In this document: positions 52,632 to 62,527 of the stretch, piece after piece | Numbering within the stretch: position 1 is the stretch's first letter | Layout: each line of letters starts with the position of its first letter | Assembly: GCA_025454495.1 (NCBI GenBank) | Contig: JALOOI010000001.1 | Span: 18,415-82,414 of the forward strand | Length of the DNA stretch: 64,000 bases | From: Anaerolineae bacterium | Lineage (GTDB): Bacteria; Chloroflexota; Anaerolineae; Aggregatilineales; Phototrophicaceae | Direction: 5' to 3' | The notes under the pieces: generated by a model | What the model was told of the DNA's origin: nothing | The model's database searches: none | Seen by the model: the letters and a program-made list of their open reading frames with translations, nothing else | Program-made: the position numbers and the translations under genes

Positions 52632-54341
52632 ATGATGACGACAACAGCAGAGCTATCGCGGGACGCGGTGGAGCAAAGCCAGCACGATCTGGCGCAGCGT
52701 AATCGGCGGCTGGCCTGGTCCACGCTGGTGGTGGCCATCGCTTTCGGCATCGCCAAAATCATCAGCCTGGGGCAAACGGTCATCATCGCCGGGGCGTTTG
52801 GCGTGGGCCGCGAATGGGATGCCTTCGTCAGCGCCAACCGAATGCCGGAACTGCTGGTGACGCTCATCGCCGGCGGGGCCCTGGGCCATGCCTTTTTGCC
52901 GGTGTTCAGCGGCTATCTGGCGCAGGGCGATCAAAAGACGGCCTGGCGGCTGGCCAGCCATGTGCTGAACACGGTGTTTGTGGTGGCGCTGCTGACGGCC
53001 GGGCTGGCCTTTGTGGCGGCCCCCTGGCTGATGCAAAACCTCATCGCGCCGGGGTTTGAGCCGGCTACGGCCGCCCGCGCCGCCGAACTGATGCGGATTC
53101 TGCTGCTGACGACGGTCATCTTCGCCGTCAGCGGCCTGATCCAGAGCATTTTGCAGAGCCACCAGCACTTTTTTTTGCCGGCGCTGGCCCCCATCCTGTA
53201 CGATGTGGGCATCCTGTTCGGTGTGCTGGTGCTGCTGCCGCGCCTGGGCATTCACGGGGTGGCGTTGGGCGCATTAATCGGTGCGGGGCTGCATTTTCTG
53301 GTGCAGCTTCCGGGGCTGGTGTATTTTAAGGCCCGCTGGTACCCGGAACCCGGCTGGCGTGACCCGCAGTTGTGGCGGGTGATCCGGCTGATGATCCCCG
53401 GCATTATTGGCCTGGGGGTGTTCCAGTTCAACATGCTGCTGCTGAATAACCTGGGGTCGCGCCTGGGGGAGGGGGCCGTCTCCGCGCTGGACTGGGGCTG
53501 GCGCTTGATGCAAATTCCGCAGACGCTCATCGGCACGGCCATGGGCATCGTCATTTTCCCCACGCTGGCGGCCCTCAGCGCCACCGGCAACCTGGACGGC
53601 AAACGCAATGCCATGTCCGGGGCGCTGCGCTTCATCCTGGTGGCCAGCATTCCGGCTGCGGTGGGGCTGTGGAGCATCGGGCAGGCGCTCATCAGCCTGC
53701 TGGAGCGCGGTGCGTTTGATGCGTCGGCATCGGCGCTGGTGTATGCCACGCTGCGGGCATTCACCCTGGGGCTGATCGTACATTCGCTGCTGGAAGTGGT
53801 GGCCCGCAGCTTTTATGCGGATAAAGACACCCTTACGCCGCTGTGGGCTTCGCTGCTGGGGGCGGTGATTAATGTGGGGCTGGCCCTGGCGCTGAGCAAC
53901 GTGGGCGCACAGGAGCGCTATGCTCTGCTGAACCTGGCGACGGTGGGGCTGCCCCTCGTGCTGCCGGTGAACCCGGCCCAGGTGGGCGGGCTGGCGCTGG
54001 CCAATTCCCTGGGCACCACCGCCGAAGTGCTGCTGCTGCTGTGGCTTTTGCAGCGGCGCTGGCAGGGCATCCACCGGCCGGCGCTGGTACGGGCCACGGT
54101 GAAAGCCCTCGTCGCCAGCGTGCTGATGGGCCTGGCCGTGGCCGTGATCGGCTCGGCGTGGGCGGCCCTGGGGCTGGCCCAGCGCGGGCTGGTGTGGACG
54201 GTGGCGCAGCTTGTGCTTCAGGTGGTGGGCGGGGGGCTGGTCTTTGTGGCGGCCGCCGTCGTCCTGAAGATGGAAGAAGTGCAGGAATTGTTACAGATTG
54301 TGCTGCGGCGTACCGGCCGCGCTGCGGGAGCCGCGCTATGA
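52632..54341 (+). CDS. murJ: Lipid II flippase MurJ (MviN)
   Basis: 14-TM MurJ/MOP profile. Starts immediately after the C39 gene. Confidence 0.85.
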   Translation: MMTTTAELSRDAVEQSQHDLAQRNRRLAWSTLVVAIAFGIAKIISLGQTVIIAGAFGVGREWDAFVSANRMPELLVTLIAGGALGHAFLPVFSGYLAQGDQKTAWRLASHVLNTVFVVALLTAGLAFVAAPWLMQNLIAPGFEPATAARAAELMRILLLTTVIFAVSGLIQSILQSHQHFFLPALAPILYDVGILFGVLVLLPRLGIHGVALGALIGAGLHFLVQLPGLVYFKARWYPEPGWRDPQLWRVIRLMIPGIIGLGVFQFNMLLLNNLGSRLGEGAVSALDWGWRLMQIPQTLIGTAMGIVIFPTLAALSATGNLDGKRNAMSGALRFILVASIPAAVGLWSIGQALISLLERGAFDASASALVYATLRAFTLGLIVHSLLEVVARSFYADKDTLTPLWASLLGAVINVGLALALSNVGAQERYALLNLATVGLPLVLPVNPAQVGGLALANSLGTTAEVLLLLWLLQRRWQGIHRPALVRATVKALVASVLMGLAVAVIGSAWAALGLAQRGLVWTVAQLVLQVVGGGLVFVAAAVVLKMEEVQELLQIVLRRTGRAAGAAL

Positions 54342-54997
54342 GCCTGGAAATTCGTATGTTAACCCTGGGGCTGGCCAGCACCAATGCCTACCTCATCGGC
54401 GATACGGCCAGCGGGGCGGCCGTCCTCATTGACCCGGTGGACGATGCGCCGCGGCTGTACCAGGCGGCCCAGGAAGCCGGCTGGACGATTCAACTGATTC
54501 TGGCCACCCATGCCCATTTCGATCATGTGCTGGCCAGCAAAGCGCTGAAAGAGCTGACGGGTGCGCCGTTTTACATCCATGCGGATGGCGTGCCCTGGCT
54601 GGAACGCCTGCCGCAGCAGGGGCGCATGTTCGGCGTGGCCAGCTTCCCGGAGGCGGCGCAGCCGGATCGCCTGTTGACCACGGCCCCGGAGGTGCTCCAG
54701 GTGGGGGCGATTGTGCTGCACACGCTGTATACCCCCGGCCACGCGCCCGGCCACCTCAGCTTTTTCCTGCCCTCTGAGCGCATCGTCTTCAGCGGCGACT
54801 GCCTGTTTGCCGGCAGCATCGGCCGCACCGATTTACCGGGGGCGGATTATGACACGCTGATGCAGTCCATCTTTACGCAACTGCTGCCCCTGGGCGATGA
54901 TGTGCGCGTGCTGGCCGGGCATAACCAGCCCACCAGCATCGGGCGTGAGCGCAAAAACAACCCGTTTTTGATGGATTATGATGGGAATGACCTGTGA
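54338..54997 (+). CDS. MBL-fold metallo-hydrolase (glyoxalase II-like)
   Basis: ATHAHFDH motif. ATG overlaps the murJ stop (ATGA). Confidence 0.75.
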   Translation: MSLEIRMLTLGLASTNAYLIGDTASGAAVLIDPVDDAPRLYQAAQEAGWTIQLILATHAHFDHVLASKALKELTGAPFYIHADGVPWLERLPQQGRMFGVASFPEAAQPDRLLTTAPEVLQVGAIVLHTLYTPGHAPGHLSFFLPSERIVFSGDCLFAGSIGRTDLPGADYDTLMQSIFTQLLPLGDDVRVLAGHNQPTSIGRERKNNPFLMDYDGNDL

Positions 54998-55485
54998 GCC
55001 TGCTGAATCAATTTTCCTACCCGCTGCTGGTGCTGGTGGCGCTGCTGGTGGTCTTCGGGCTGCTGTGGCGCACGGGGCGGCTGCGGCTGCGCTACGGGCT
55101 GCCGGCGGCGGCCGGGCTGCTGGCGCTGGCGCTGGTGGTGTTCCTGGCGCTGCGCCCCACCGGGGATAATATCGCGTCGGCGGCGGAGGTGGAGCGCCTG
55201 CTCACCGCTGGCGGCCGCCCCACGCTCATCCAGTTCTACAGCGCTTATTGCACCGGCTGCCTGGCCGTCTCGGCGGCGGTGGATGAGCTGGTCGGGCGCA
55301 TTCAGCCGCAAATGAACATCGTCCGGGTGGACATCCACACCCCGGCCGGGCGTGACCTGCGCCGCCGCTTCGATTTCTCGTTTACGCCGGAATTCGTGCT
55401 GTTCGACCGGCAGGGGCAGGAAATCTGGCGCGACCATGTGCCGCCGTCCGCGGAGGTGCTGCAACGTGCCGGGCTGTCATCCTGA
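54994..55485 (+). CDS. Membrane-anchored thioredoxin-like protein
   Basis: N-terminal TM helices. CTGC (CxxC) inside a thioredoxin-like fold. GTG start overlaps the upstream stop. Confidence 0.55.
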   Translation: MSLLNQFSYPLLVLVALLVVFGLLWRTGRLRLRYGLPAAAGLLALALVVFLALRPTGDNIASAAEVERLLTAGGRPTLIQFYSAYCTGCLAVSAAVDELVGRIQPQMNIVRVDIHTPAGRDLRRRFDFSFTPEFVLFDRQGQEIWRDHVPPSAEVLQRAGLSS

Positions 55486-56396
55486 TGCGCGTGCTGCTGA
55501 TCTTCATTGATGGCATTGGCCTGGGTGCGCCGGATGCCAGCATCAATCCGTTCATGGTGGCGCACATGCCCGCGCTGCTGGCCCTCACCGGGGGGCAGCG
55601 CTGGACGGCCACAACCGGCATTCAGCGCACAGCGCGGTCGATTTTTATCCCCACCGACCCGCGCCTGGACGTGCCGGGCCGGCCGCAGAGTGGCACCTCG
55701 CAGGCGGCTATCTTAACCGGCCTCAACGTGCCGCAGCAGGTAGGGCGGCATTATGGCCCCAAACCGGATGCCCACACCCGCGCCCTGCTGACGCAGACCA
55801 ATCTCTTTCAGCAGGTGCAGGCCCTGGGCCGGCGGGCCGCGCTGCTGGATGGCTATCCGCCGGGGCTGCTGGCCCAGATTGCGCGGGGCAAAACGCTGCC
55901 TTCCAGCATTCAATATGCGGCCCTGGCCGCCGGCCAGAGCCTGTTCACCCATGATGATGTGAAAGCGCAGCGGGCCCTGACGGCCGAATGGACGGGCAGC
56001 GCCTGGCGCGAACACCTGAAGCTGCTGGATACGCCGCTGTATACCCCCGCCGAGGCCGGCCGCCTGCTGGTGACGCTGGCGCGGCAGTACGATTTTGCCA
56101 TGCATTCGCACTGGATGACCGATTATGTGGGCCACCGCGGCCCGTTTGCCGCGGCGGTGCAGCTTCTGGAAACCTTCGATGGGGTGATGGCCGGCGTGCT
56201 GGAAGCCTGGGACGATGAAGAAGGCCTGGTCATCGTCACCAGCGACCATGGCAATATGGAGCATATTGGCGACCGGCACCACACCGAAAATGATGTGCCC
56301 ACGCTCATCATTGGCGCGGCCCGTGAAGCCTTTGCCGCCGGTTTCGGCCGCCTGACCGATATTGCCCCGCGCATTTTACAGCTTCTGCGGGGGTAA
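55485..56396 (+). CDS. Alkaline-phosphatase-superfamily metalloenzyme (cofactor-independent phosphoglycerate mutase / ApgM-like)
   Basis: VTSDHGNMEHIGDRHHT metal-binding block. ATG overlaps the upstream stop. Confidence 0.5.
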   Translation: MRVLLIFIDGIGLGAPDASINPFMVAHMPALLALTGGQRWTATTGIQRTARSIFIPTDPRLDVPGRPQSGTSQAAILTGLNVPQQVGRHYGPKPDAHTRALLTQTNLFQQVQALGRRAALLDGYPPGLLAQIARGKTLPSSIQYAALAAGQSLFTHDDVKAQRALTAEWTGSAWREHLKLLDTPLYTPAEAGRLLVTLARQYDFAMHSHWMTDYVGHRGPFAAAVQLLETFDGVMAGVLEAWDDEEGLVIVTSDHGNMEHIGDRHHTENDVPTLIIGAAREAFAAGFGRLTDIAPRILQLLRG

Positions 56397-56430
56397 CTTC
56401 CCATAGTCAATGGAGAATACCTGAACGCCC

Positions 56431-57531
56431 ATGCGTAAATACCGCACCCGTTTTTTCGTCGGGCTGGTGCTGGCGCTGAGCCTGTACATCCTGTATCTGG
56501 TGGTCATCGACAGCCAGACGCAGCTTGAAGGCACGGCCGGCATCGGGCCCACGCTGGCCCGCTTCGACTGGCGTTTACTGCCACTGTTGATCGCCTGCCA
56601 GGCGGGCGTGATTGTGTGCCGCTTCATCGAATGGCAGTTTTACATGGGCATCGTCGGGGCGCGGCGCAGGATGACGCTGAAGGACAGCGCCATTATTTTC
56701 GTCGCCGGGTTTATGCTGGTGGTCAGCCCCGGCAAAGCCGCCGAGCTGTTGAAGGCCGTCTTCGTAAAAGCCAGATCGGGCATTCCGGCGGCGCGGGTGG
56801 CCCCGGCCGTCCTGGCGGAACGGGTGGTGGATGGCCTGGCGGTGATCCTGCTGATGACGCTGACGCTGCTGCTGGCCGGCGATACGCTGAACCTGGGCAC
56901 CTATGGCGGCATCGATTACAACGCCGTCAGCCGGGGGATTGTGTTCACCTCGGCGGCGCTGCTGCTGGCCGGGCTGGTGGTGGTGCAACTGCGCCCGCTG
57001 GCGCTGTTCTGCCTGGGGCTGGTGGCCCGGCTGCCGCTGGTACGCCGGCTGCATCACCCGCTGCTGACGTTTTACGAAAGCAGCCGCGAAATTTTCCACT
57101 GGCGGCGGGTGCTGCTCGCGCTCATCCCCGGCACGGGCGTTTTTCTGTTCAGTTCGCTCGGTTTTCTGGTGGTGCTGCACGGCTTTGGCCTGGCCATCAC
57201 CTGGACGCTGATCTTGCAGGCCACTTTTATCGTGGGCGTAACGTCCGCGGTGGGAGCGCTCAGTTTCGTGCCCAACGGGGCCGGCGTAACCGAAGCCTCC
57301 AATACCGTGCTGCTGCTGGCCATGCTGGGCCCGGCTTACCCGGTGATGACTCCCGCGGTGGCGGCTGCCGCGTCACTGATCCAGGGCTTTTTTCATAAGT
57401 GGTTTCGCGTGCTGGTGGGGATGGCGGTGGCGATGGTGTATCATCACCGGCTGTTTTCCGCGGATATGGACGCGCTGCTGCGGGCCGAAGAAGCCGCCGG
57501 CCGCGAAACTCCATCGCCGGTCAGCGTGTGA
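56431..57531 (+). CDS. Flippase-like (UPF0104 / lysylphosphatidylglycerol-synthase TM region) integral membrane protein
   Basis: 8-TM profile resembling the LPG_synthase_TM family. Confidence 0.55.
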   Translation: MRKYRTRFFVGLVLALSLYILYLVVIDSQTQLEGTAGIGPTLARFDWRLLPLLIACQAGVIVCRFIEWQFYMGIVGARRRMTLKDSAIIFVAGFMLVVSPGKAAELLKAVFVKARSGIPAARVAPAVLAERVVDGLAVILLMTLTLLLAGDTLNLGTYGGIDYNAVSRGIVFTSAALLLAGLVVVQLRPLALFCLGLVARLPLVRRLHHPLLTFYESSREIFHWRRVLLALIPGTGVFLFSSLGFLVVLHGFGLAITWTLILQATFIVGVTSAVGALSFVPNGAGVTEASNTVLLLAMLGPAYPVMTPAVAAAASLIQGFFHKWFRVLVGMAVAMVYHHRLFSADMDALLRAEEAAGRETPSPVSV

Positions 57532-57537
57532 GGCGCT

Positions 57538-58971
57538 TCAGGGATTTTCCGCGCTGAGGACTTCATGGGCGGCGGCCAGGGCCCGGGCGGCGATGCGGGC
57601 CGCGGCGGCCGGATCGCGGGTGTCTTCCAGCACCAGCGCCAGCGCCACGCTGCGCCCGGCATCCACCTGCACAAAGCCGATAAACCACGTTTGCACACTA
57701 TCGCCGGAATAGGCCAGCGCCGTGTGTCCGCCGATCACCAGCGGGGGCCGGCCGGCCGGCACCACGCCTGTCGTCACCCCGGCTATCATGATCTCGCTGA
57801 GGCGGCGGGCGATGGTATCCGGGATCAAGGGCAGCGCCGGCGCTTCGTTGACCACCGCCTGCCAGTCTGCGCCGGGGGCCCGCACCCCGCGCAGCAGCAC
57901 CGGCGCGGGCATATTGCCCCCGTTGACCATGCCGGCGGCCATGCCGGCCATCGCCGGCATGGTGATCGTCTGTGCCCCCTGGCCCAGCGCATTGGCCAGC
58001 GGGCTAACCGCCGTGGCCGTCGGGGTGGCGGTGGCACTCAGGCTGGCATCCTCCGGCGGCGCGAAGCCGTCCGGTAACAGCGTCTGCGACAGGCGAAAGG
58101 CCGCCAGAATATCGTTCACTGCTGGCTCGCCCAGCGTCGTGGCCAGCCTCTGAAACGGGTACGGGCAGCCGTAAAGGTAGGCCGTCACCAGGTCCAGGTC
58201 AATCGCGCTGGCCGGCGGCGGCGTGACGCAGGTCAGCGTCAGTCCGTCCAGCGTCACCGGCTGCGCCCCCTGCACGATGATTTGATCGACGGGCTGCCGG
58301 GTGAGCAGCGCCGCGGCCAGCAGCGGCGTTTGCAGCGTGCCGCCGGATTGATACACCCCCTGAAGCACGCGGTTGAAAAAGGGGTTGCCCGGCGCACGGA
58401 TTAATTCGTTCCAGTCTTCATCCAGCCGGTTGGGGTTGTAGGCCGGCAGGCTCACCATGGCCAGAATATCGCCCTGTGGCACGCTGAGCAGCAGCGCCCC
58501 GCCGGTATAGCCCGCCAGCGCCTCCAGCAGCGCCTGCTGCACCGGCAGGCTCAGCGTGAGCTGGATATCGCTGCCGGTCTGCGGGCGATGCAGCACATCC
58601 TGCTCAAAATGATCCAGCAGGCTGCGGGGCAGGGTATCGCCGCGCAGAATGGCGTTATAAGCCGCTTCGGTGCCACCCGCGCCATAGCGCAGGCTGAAGT
58701 AACCCAGGGCGCTGTACAGCGCCGGATGATCGTACTGCCGCCGCACCTGGCCGGCGCTACCGGGCACGGTTTGGGCCAGCCGCACCCCGCCGCGATCATA
58801 GATGCTGCCCCGGCGCAGCGTGGCTTCGGCCTGCACCCGGCGCGGGTTATCATCGCGCCGCAGCAGCGTTTCTTCGCCCGTCAGCGCCCAGTAGGCGGCC
58901 GCGATGCCCATGGCGGCAAAGGCGGCCAGCAGCGCCAGCAGTAACCGGCTGATCTCGCGGCTAAAATCCAT
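57538..58971 (-). CDS. mrdA: Penicillin-binding protein 2-like transpeptidase (class B PBP)
   Basis: N-terminal TM plus the transpeptidase fold. Paired with the upstream SEDS gene. Start at internal Met 58971. Confidence 0.75.
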   Translation of the reverse strand: MDFSREISRLLLALLAAFAAMGIAAAYWALTGEETLLRRDDNPRRVQAEATLRRGSIYDRGGVRLAQTVPGSAGQVRRQYDHPALYSALGYFSLRYGAGGTEAAYNAILRGDTLPRSLLDHFEQDVLHRPQTGSDIQLTLSLPVQQALLEALAGYTGGALLLSVPQGDILAMVSLPAYNPNRLDEDWNELIRAPGNPFFNRVLQGVYQSGGTLQTPLLAAALLTRQPVDQIIVQGAQPVTLDGLTLTCVTPPPASAIDLDLVTAYLYGCPYPFQRLATTLGEPAVNDILAAFRLSQTLLPDGFAPPEDASLSATATPTATAVSPLANALGQGAQTITMPAMAGMAAGMVNGGNMPAPVLLRGVRAPGADWQAVVNEAPALPLIPDTIARRLSEIMIAGVTTGVVPAGRPPLVIGGHTALAYSGDSVQTWFIGFVQVDAGRSVALALVLEDTRDPAAAARIAARALAAAHEVLSAENP

Positions 58972-58972
58972 C

Positions 58973-60283
58973 TCAGGCCCGCACCCCCGCCGAAAGGCGC
59001 AGCAGCAGCCCCACCAGCACACAGCTCATCAGCAGCGAACTGCCGCCATAGCTCATAAAGGGCAGCGTAACCCCGGTCAGCGGCACCAGCTTCAGCACCC
59101 CGCCCATAATCAGCAGGCTTTGAATGCCGATGAGCAGGCTGAGGCCGGCCGCCAGCAGGGCATAATAGGGCCGTTCCTGCGTGCTGACGGCGATCCGCAG
59201 CCCGCGCATGACCAGCGTCGCCACACACACGATCACCACCACCACGCCCAGCAGCCCCCATTCTTCGGCCAGCGCGGCCAGGGCAAAATCGGAATGCACC
59301 ACCGGGATAAAATCCGGCGCACCCTGCCCCACCCCCTGCCCGAAGATGCCGCCGCTGCCGAAGGCCATCAGGCTCTGCACGATCTGGAAGGCGCGGCCAT
59401 CCGGGTCCAGCCACGGGTTCAGCCAGATGTCAATGCGAAGCTGCACCACGTCGAACAGGCGGTAAGCCACGGCCGCCGCCGCCACAATCAACACGCCGCC
59501 GCTGACCAGAATCAACGTTTGTCCGCTGGCGATGTACAGCAGCAGCAGGAACACGGCGAAGAACAGCACCGCCGTCCCCAGGTCACGCTGCCACACCAGC
59601 ACCACCACACACACGCCCCACATCAGCAGAATGGGGCCCAGGATGCGCGGCGACAGCCACAGATGGCGCTCACTGAACAGCGCCCGATGCACATCATCCG
59701 GGCGCAGGGCGGGATACTGCTCGCTGAGGTAGCTGGCCAGGAAGGCCACCAGAATAATCTTGAGCGCTTCGGACGGCTGAAAGAACACATCGCCAATGCC
59801 CAGCCACAGCTCCGGCCCGAAGCCGGAAGGATTGCGCCCCAGTAAAATGGTGCTGATGAGCAGCACCAGCCCCACCACCAGCAGCGTGTAGCGATACGTC
59901 CGCAGCAGGCGCAGGATGTGCGGTACGGCCGCCGTGACCACCAGTGCCGCGGTGCCCAGGGCCAGCCACAGCGTTTGCCGGTCGGCAAAGCCGGGCGCAA
60001 GCCGATCAATGAGCACCAGCCCCCAGCCGCTGAGGAACATCACCAGCGGGAACAGCAGCGGGTCGCGCTCTGGCAGAAAACGCTCCAGCGCCAGGCTGCC
60101 GCCGCCGGCACAGAGAATCCACACCAGCAGATGCAGCCAGGGGGCAGTTTGTTCCGGGCGCAGCAGCGCCAGCGCCGCAAAATTGACCAGCAGAAAGGCC
60201 CCGGCCAGCAGCAGCAGGCCGCGCTCCTGCCGCCGCCCGGCCGCAGGTTCATCCGGGGTGACGATGACGGGCAGCGCCATCAC
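58973..60283 (-). CDS. rodA: SEDS family peptidoglycan glycosyltransferase (RodA/FtsW)
   Basis: 10-TM FtsW/RodA/SpoVE profile. Immediately upstream of the class B PBP. Confidence 0.85.
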   Translation of the reverse strand: MMALPVIVTPDEPAAGRRQERGLLLLAGAFLLVNFAALALLRPEQTAPWLHLLVWILCAGGGSLALERFLPERDPLLFPLVMFLSGWGLVLIDRLAPGFADRQTLWLALGTAALVVTAAVPHILRLLRTYRYTLLVVGLVLLISTILLGRNPSGFGPELWLGIGDVFFQPSEALKIILVAFLASYLSEQYPALRPDDVHRALFSERHLWLSPRILGPILLMWGVCVVVLVWQRDLGTAVLFFAVFLLLLYIASGQTLILVSGGVLIVAAAAVAYRLFDVVQLRIDIWLNPWLDPDGRAFQIVQSLMAFGSGGIFGQGVGQGAPDFIPVVHSDFALAALAEEWGLLGVVVVIVCVATLVMRGLRIAVSTQERPYYALLAAGLSLLIGIQSLLIMGGVLKLVPLTGVTLPFMSYGGSSLLMSCVLVGLLLRLSAGVRA

Positions 60284-60286
60284 AGG

Positions 60287-61156
60287 TTACAGCCCCAGGG
60301 CCCGGCCCACCAGCGGGCGATAGCTGTGCAGCAGGTGCGCGGGGATGTGGTCGCGGGCGGTCATAATCGCGCCGGAGAGGTCCGTATGCGCCGGCACCGT
60401 CTGCGTGGTATCCAGCGTGGCCACGGCCGTGGCCAGCGCCTGCTGCGCCAGGGCAATATTGCGCTGGAAGGTGGCCATCACTTTTTCGGCTGTCACCGGG
60501 GCTTCGCTGGCGTGCCACGAATCATAATCGGTGATGTGGGCCATGGTGGCGTAGGCGATCTCGGCTTCCCGCGCTAAAAAGACCTCCGGCGTGGTGGTCA
60601 TGCCGATAATGTCGCCGCCCCACTGACGAAACAGGTGGCTTTCGGCGCGGGTGGCAAAGCGGGCCCCATCTTCGATGAGAAACGTGCCGCCGGAATGCAC
60701 CGTCCCGCCGCCGGCCTGCACCGCCGCCGCCAGCACCTGCGAGCTGTACGCATCGAAAGGATCGGCGACTGACACATGCGCCACGATGCCCTGCTCAAAG
60801 AAGGAGCGTTCCCGGCGGCTGAGGGTGTATTCAATGATCTGGTGCGGGATGACGATGTGCCCCGGCGCAAAATCTTCGCGCAGCGACCCGCACGCATTCA
60901 CCGCCAGGATGAAGCGCACCCCCAGGCTTTTGAGGGCGAAGATATTGGCTCGATAGGGAATGCTGGACGGCGCAAAAACATGCCCTTCGCCGTGGCGGGG
61001 CAGAAAGGCCACCCGCTGACCGCGCAGCGTGCCCACCACCACATCGCCGGAGGGCCGGCCAAACGGTGTATCGACGCTGTGGCGGCGGATGTCGCTTAAT
61101 TCCGGCATGTGGTACAGCCCCGACCCGCCAATGACCCCGATGGCAATCTGTTCCAT
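60287..61156 (-). CDS. mtnP: S-methyl-5'-thioadenosine phosphorylase
   Basis: IGVIGGSGLY and PNP/MTAP fold. Start at internal Met 61156 with GAGGTGA upstream. The long ORF extension was rejected. Confidence 0.8.
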   Translation of the reverse strand: MEQIAIGVIGGSGLYHMPELSDIRRHSVDTPFGRPSGDVVVGTLRGQRVAFLPRHGEGHVFAPSSIPYRANIFALKSLGVRFILAVNACGSLREDFAPGHIVIPHQIIEYTLSRRERSFFEQGIVAHVSVADPFDAYSSQVLAAAVQAGGGTVHSGGTFLIEDGARFATRAESHLFRQWGGDIIGMTTTPEVFLAREAEIAYATMAHITDYDSWHASEAPVTAEKVMATFQRNIALAQQALATAVATLDTTQTVPAHTDLSGAIMTARDHIPAHLLHSYRPLVGRALGL

Positions 61157-61179
61157 GCGTCTCACCTCTTCAACCGCGA

Positions 61180-61626
61180 TCACGCGGGGGATAATAACAG
61201 CCGAAAGCCCACGCTGCCAATGCCAATGATGTCGCCTTCGGTGATGATGACCGGCAGCGTGATGCGCTCGCCGTTCAGCAGCGTCCCGTTGCGGCTGTTG
61301 CGGTCTTCCAGCCACCATTGACCATGACGCAGCAGGACGACCGCGTGCTCGCTGCTGGCAAAGGTATCGTTCAGCACGATCTGGTTGGTGGGGGCGCGGC
61401 CCAGGGTGGTCATGGGCGTAAGGGCGAAGGTTTCGCCCGTCTCGGCCATCATCTCGCCCATCAGCGTGAGCTTGATGAGCTGGCCATAGGCGCGGCGGCT
61501 GACGCGGGCGGCGCTGGTGGCGCTGCGAAAATCGCGCCACAGGATGAGCATGAGGGCGGCCAGCACGGCCAGCAGCAGCAGCCCGGAAATCACGCGCAGC
61601 CCGAACAGCAGCACATCAACGGGCAT
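61180..61626 (-). CDS. Membrane-anchored FHA domain protein (FhaB/FipA-like)
   Basis: TM helix plus C-terminal FHA (GR...N.IVL.D...S..HA...). Start at internal Met 61626. Confidence 0.7.
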   Translation of the reverse strand: MPVDVLLFGLRVISGLLLLAVLAALMLILWRDFRSATSAARVSRRAYGQLIKLTLMGEMMAETGETFALTPMTTLGRAPTNQIVLNDTFASSEHAVVLLRHGQWWLEDRNSRNGTLLNGERITLPVIITEGDIIGIGSVGFRLLLSPA

Positions 61627-62404
61627 CGCGCGGATCCTGCGTGTAGCCATCGGTGAAGGCCGGCCGCGACCCCTGGCCGCCATCATCGACCATGTACACC
61701 AGGCGGGTACGCCCAATTTCGATCACATCGCCGGGTTGCAGGCGATGTTCGCTGACGACCACGGTATTCACCCGCGTGCCGCCTTTGCTGCTGGCATCGA
61801 ACAGGATATGTGTGCCTTCGCGCAGGCGAATTTGCACATGGTGCCGCGACATGTAGGGGTCATCAATGGCGATGTGGTTTTCCGGGCTGCGCCCCACATT
61901 GACGATGCTGCCGGTCAGCGGGGCGCTGCGCTCACCGTTGATGACCAGGCACGGATTTAACGGCCGGTCGGCGGGGGTGGCGGGCTGGATGGGCTGCATG
62001 GCCGCGGTGCCCTGGGCGGCATCGTCGCTGTGTTCTGCATGGACGATGACTTCGCCGGCGGGCTGTGTGGTGGCGGGTAAAAACGTCAGCAGGGGTACCT
62101 GGCGCATTCGGTAGCCGGCCTGCGCCGCCAGATCAATCAGGTGCTGCGCCAGCACGGGGCCCATATCCGGCCGGTGTTTTTGCAGTGTTTTATACAGCTC
62201 AGAATTGAGGGTGATGATGTAACGATTGGGCGCGATGGGGCGCGGGTCATCGTCCCGGGCCACGCGCAAATGCGATTCCATGGCGCGGGCCAGCTTCATG
62301 GCGATGTCGTGGGCGCTGAGCTGGCTGCGAAACAGGCCCGCAAACATGCCTTCGACCAGGCGTTCCAGGTGGCTTTCCAGTTGGGCAAAGTGTTTATCAT
62401 TCAT
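61616..62404 (-). CDS. FhaA-like protein (DUF3662 N-terminal domain plus C-terminal FHA)
   Basis: N-terminus FAQLESHLERLVEGMFAGLF (FhaA_N). C-terminal FHA (GRSPENHIAIDDPYMSRHHVQI). Overlaps the next gene by 11 nt. Confidence 0.7.
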   Translation of the reverse strand: MNDKHFAQLESHLERLVEGMFAGLFRSQLSAHDIAMKLARAMESHLRVARDDDPRPIAPNRYIITLNSELYKTLQKHRPDMGPVLAQHLIDLAAQAGYRMRQVPLLTFLPATTQPAGEVIVHAEHSDDAAQGTAAMQPIQPATPADRPLNPCLVINGERSAPLTGSIVNVGRSPENHIAIDDPYMSRHHVQIRLREGTHILFDASSKGGTRVNTVVVSEHRLQPGDVIEIGRTRLVYMVDDGGQGSRPAFTDGYTQDPRDAR

Positions 62405-62412
62405 AAGGCTGG

Positions 62413-62441
62413 ATTATAGCCGCGCCGCTGACGGCTGACAA
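62413..62441 (-). promoter_or_regulatory. Strong sigma70-like promoter giving a near-leaderless transcript for the FhaA-like gene
   Basis: -35 TTGTCA, 17-nt spacer, -10 TATAAT (minus strand), ending 8 nt before ATG 62404. Confidence 0.35.
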
Positions 62442-62527
62442 CGTGCATGATCGCGGGCGCGGGGTGGGCGTGGGGCAGTCGTGCTGTCAGCCGCCGGGCG
62501 GCCCGGATGAGCCGCCCGACACCTGAT

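Noticed and set aside
58904-59845. 313-aa plus-strand ORF
   Set aside because: Antisense to rodA.
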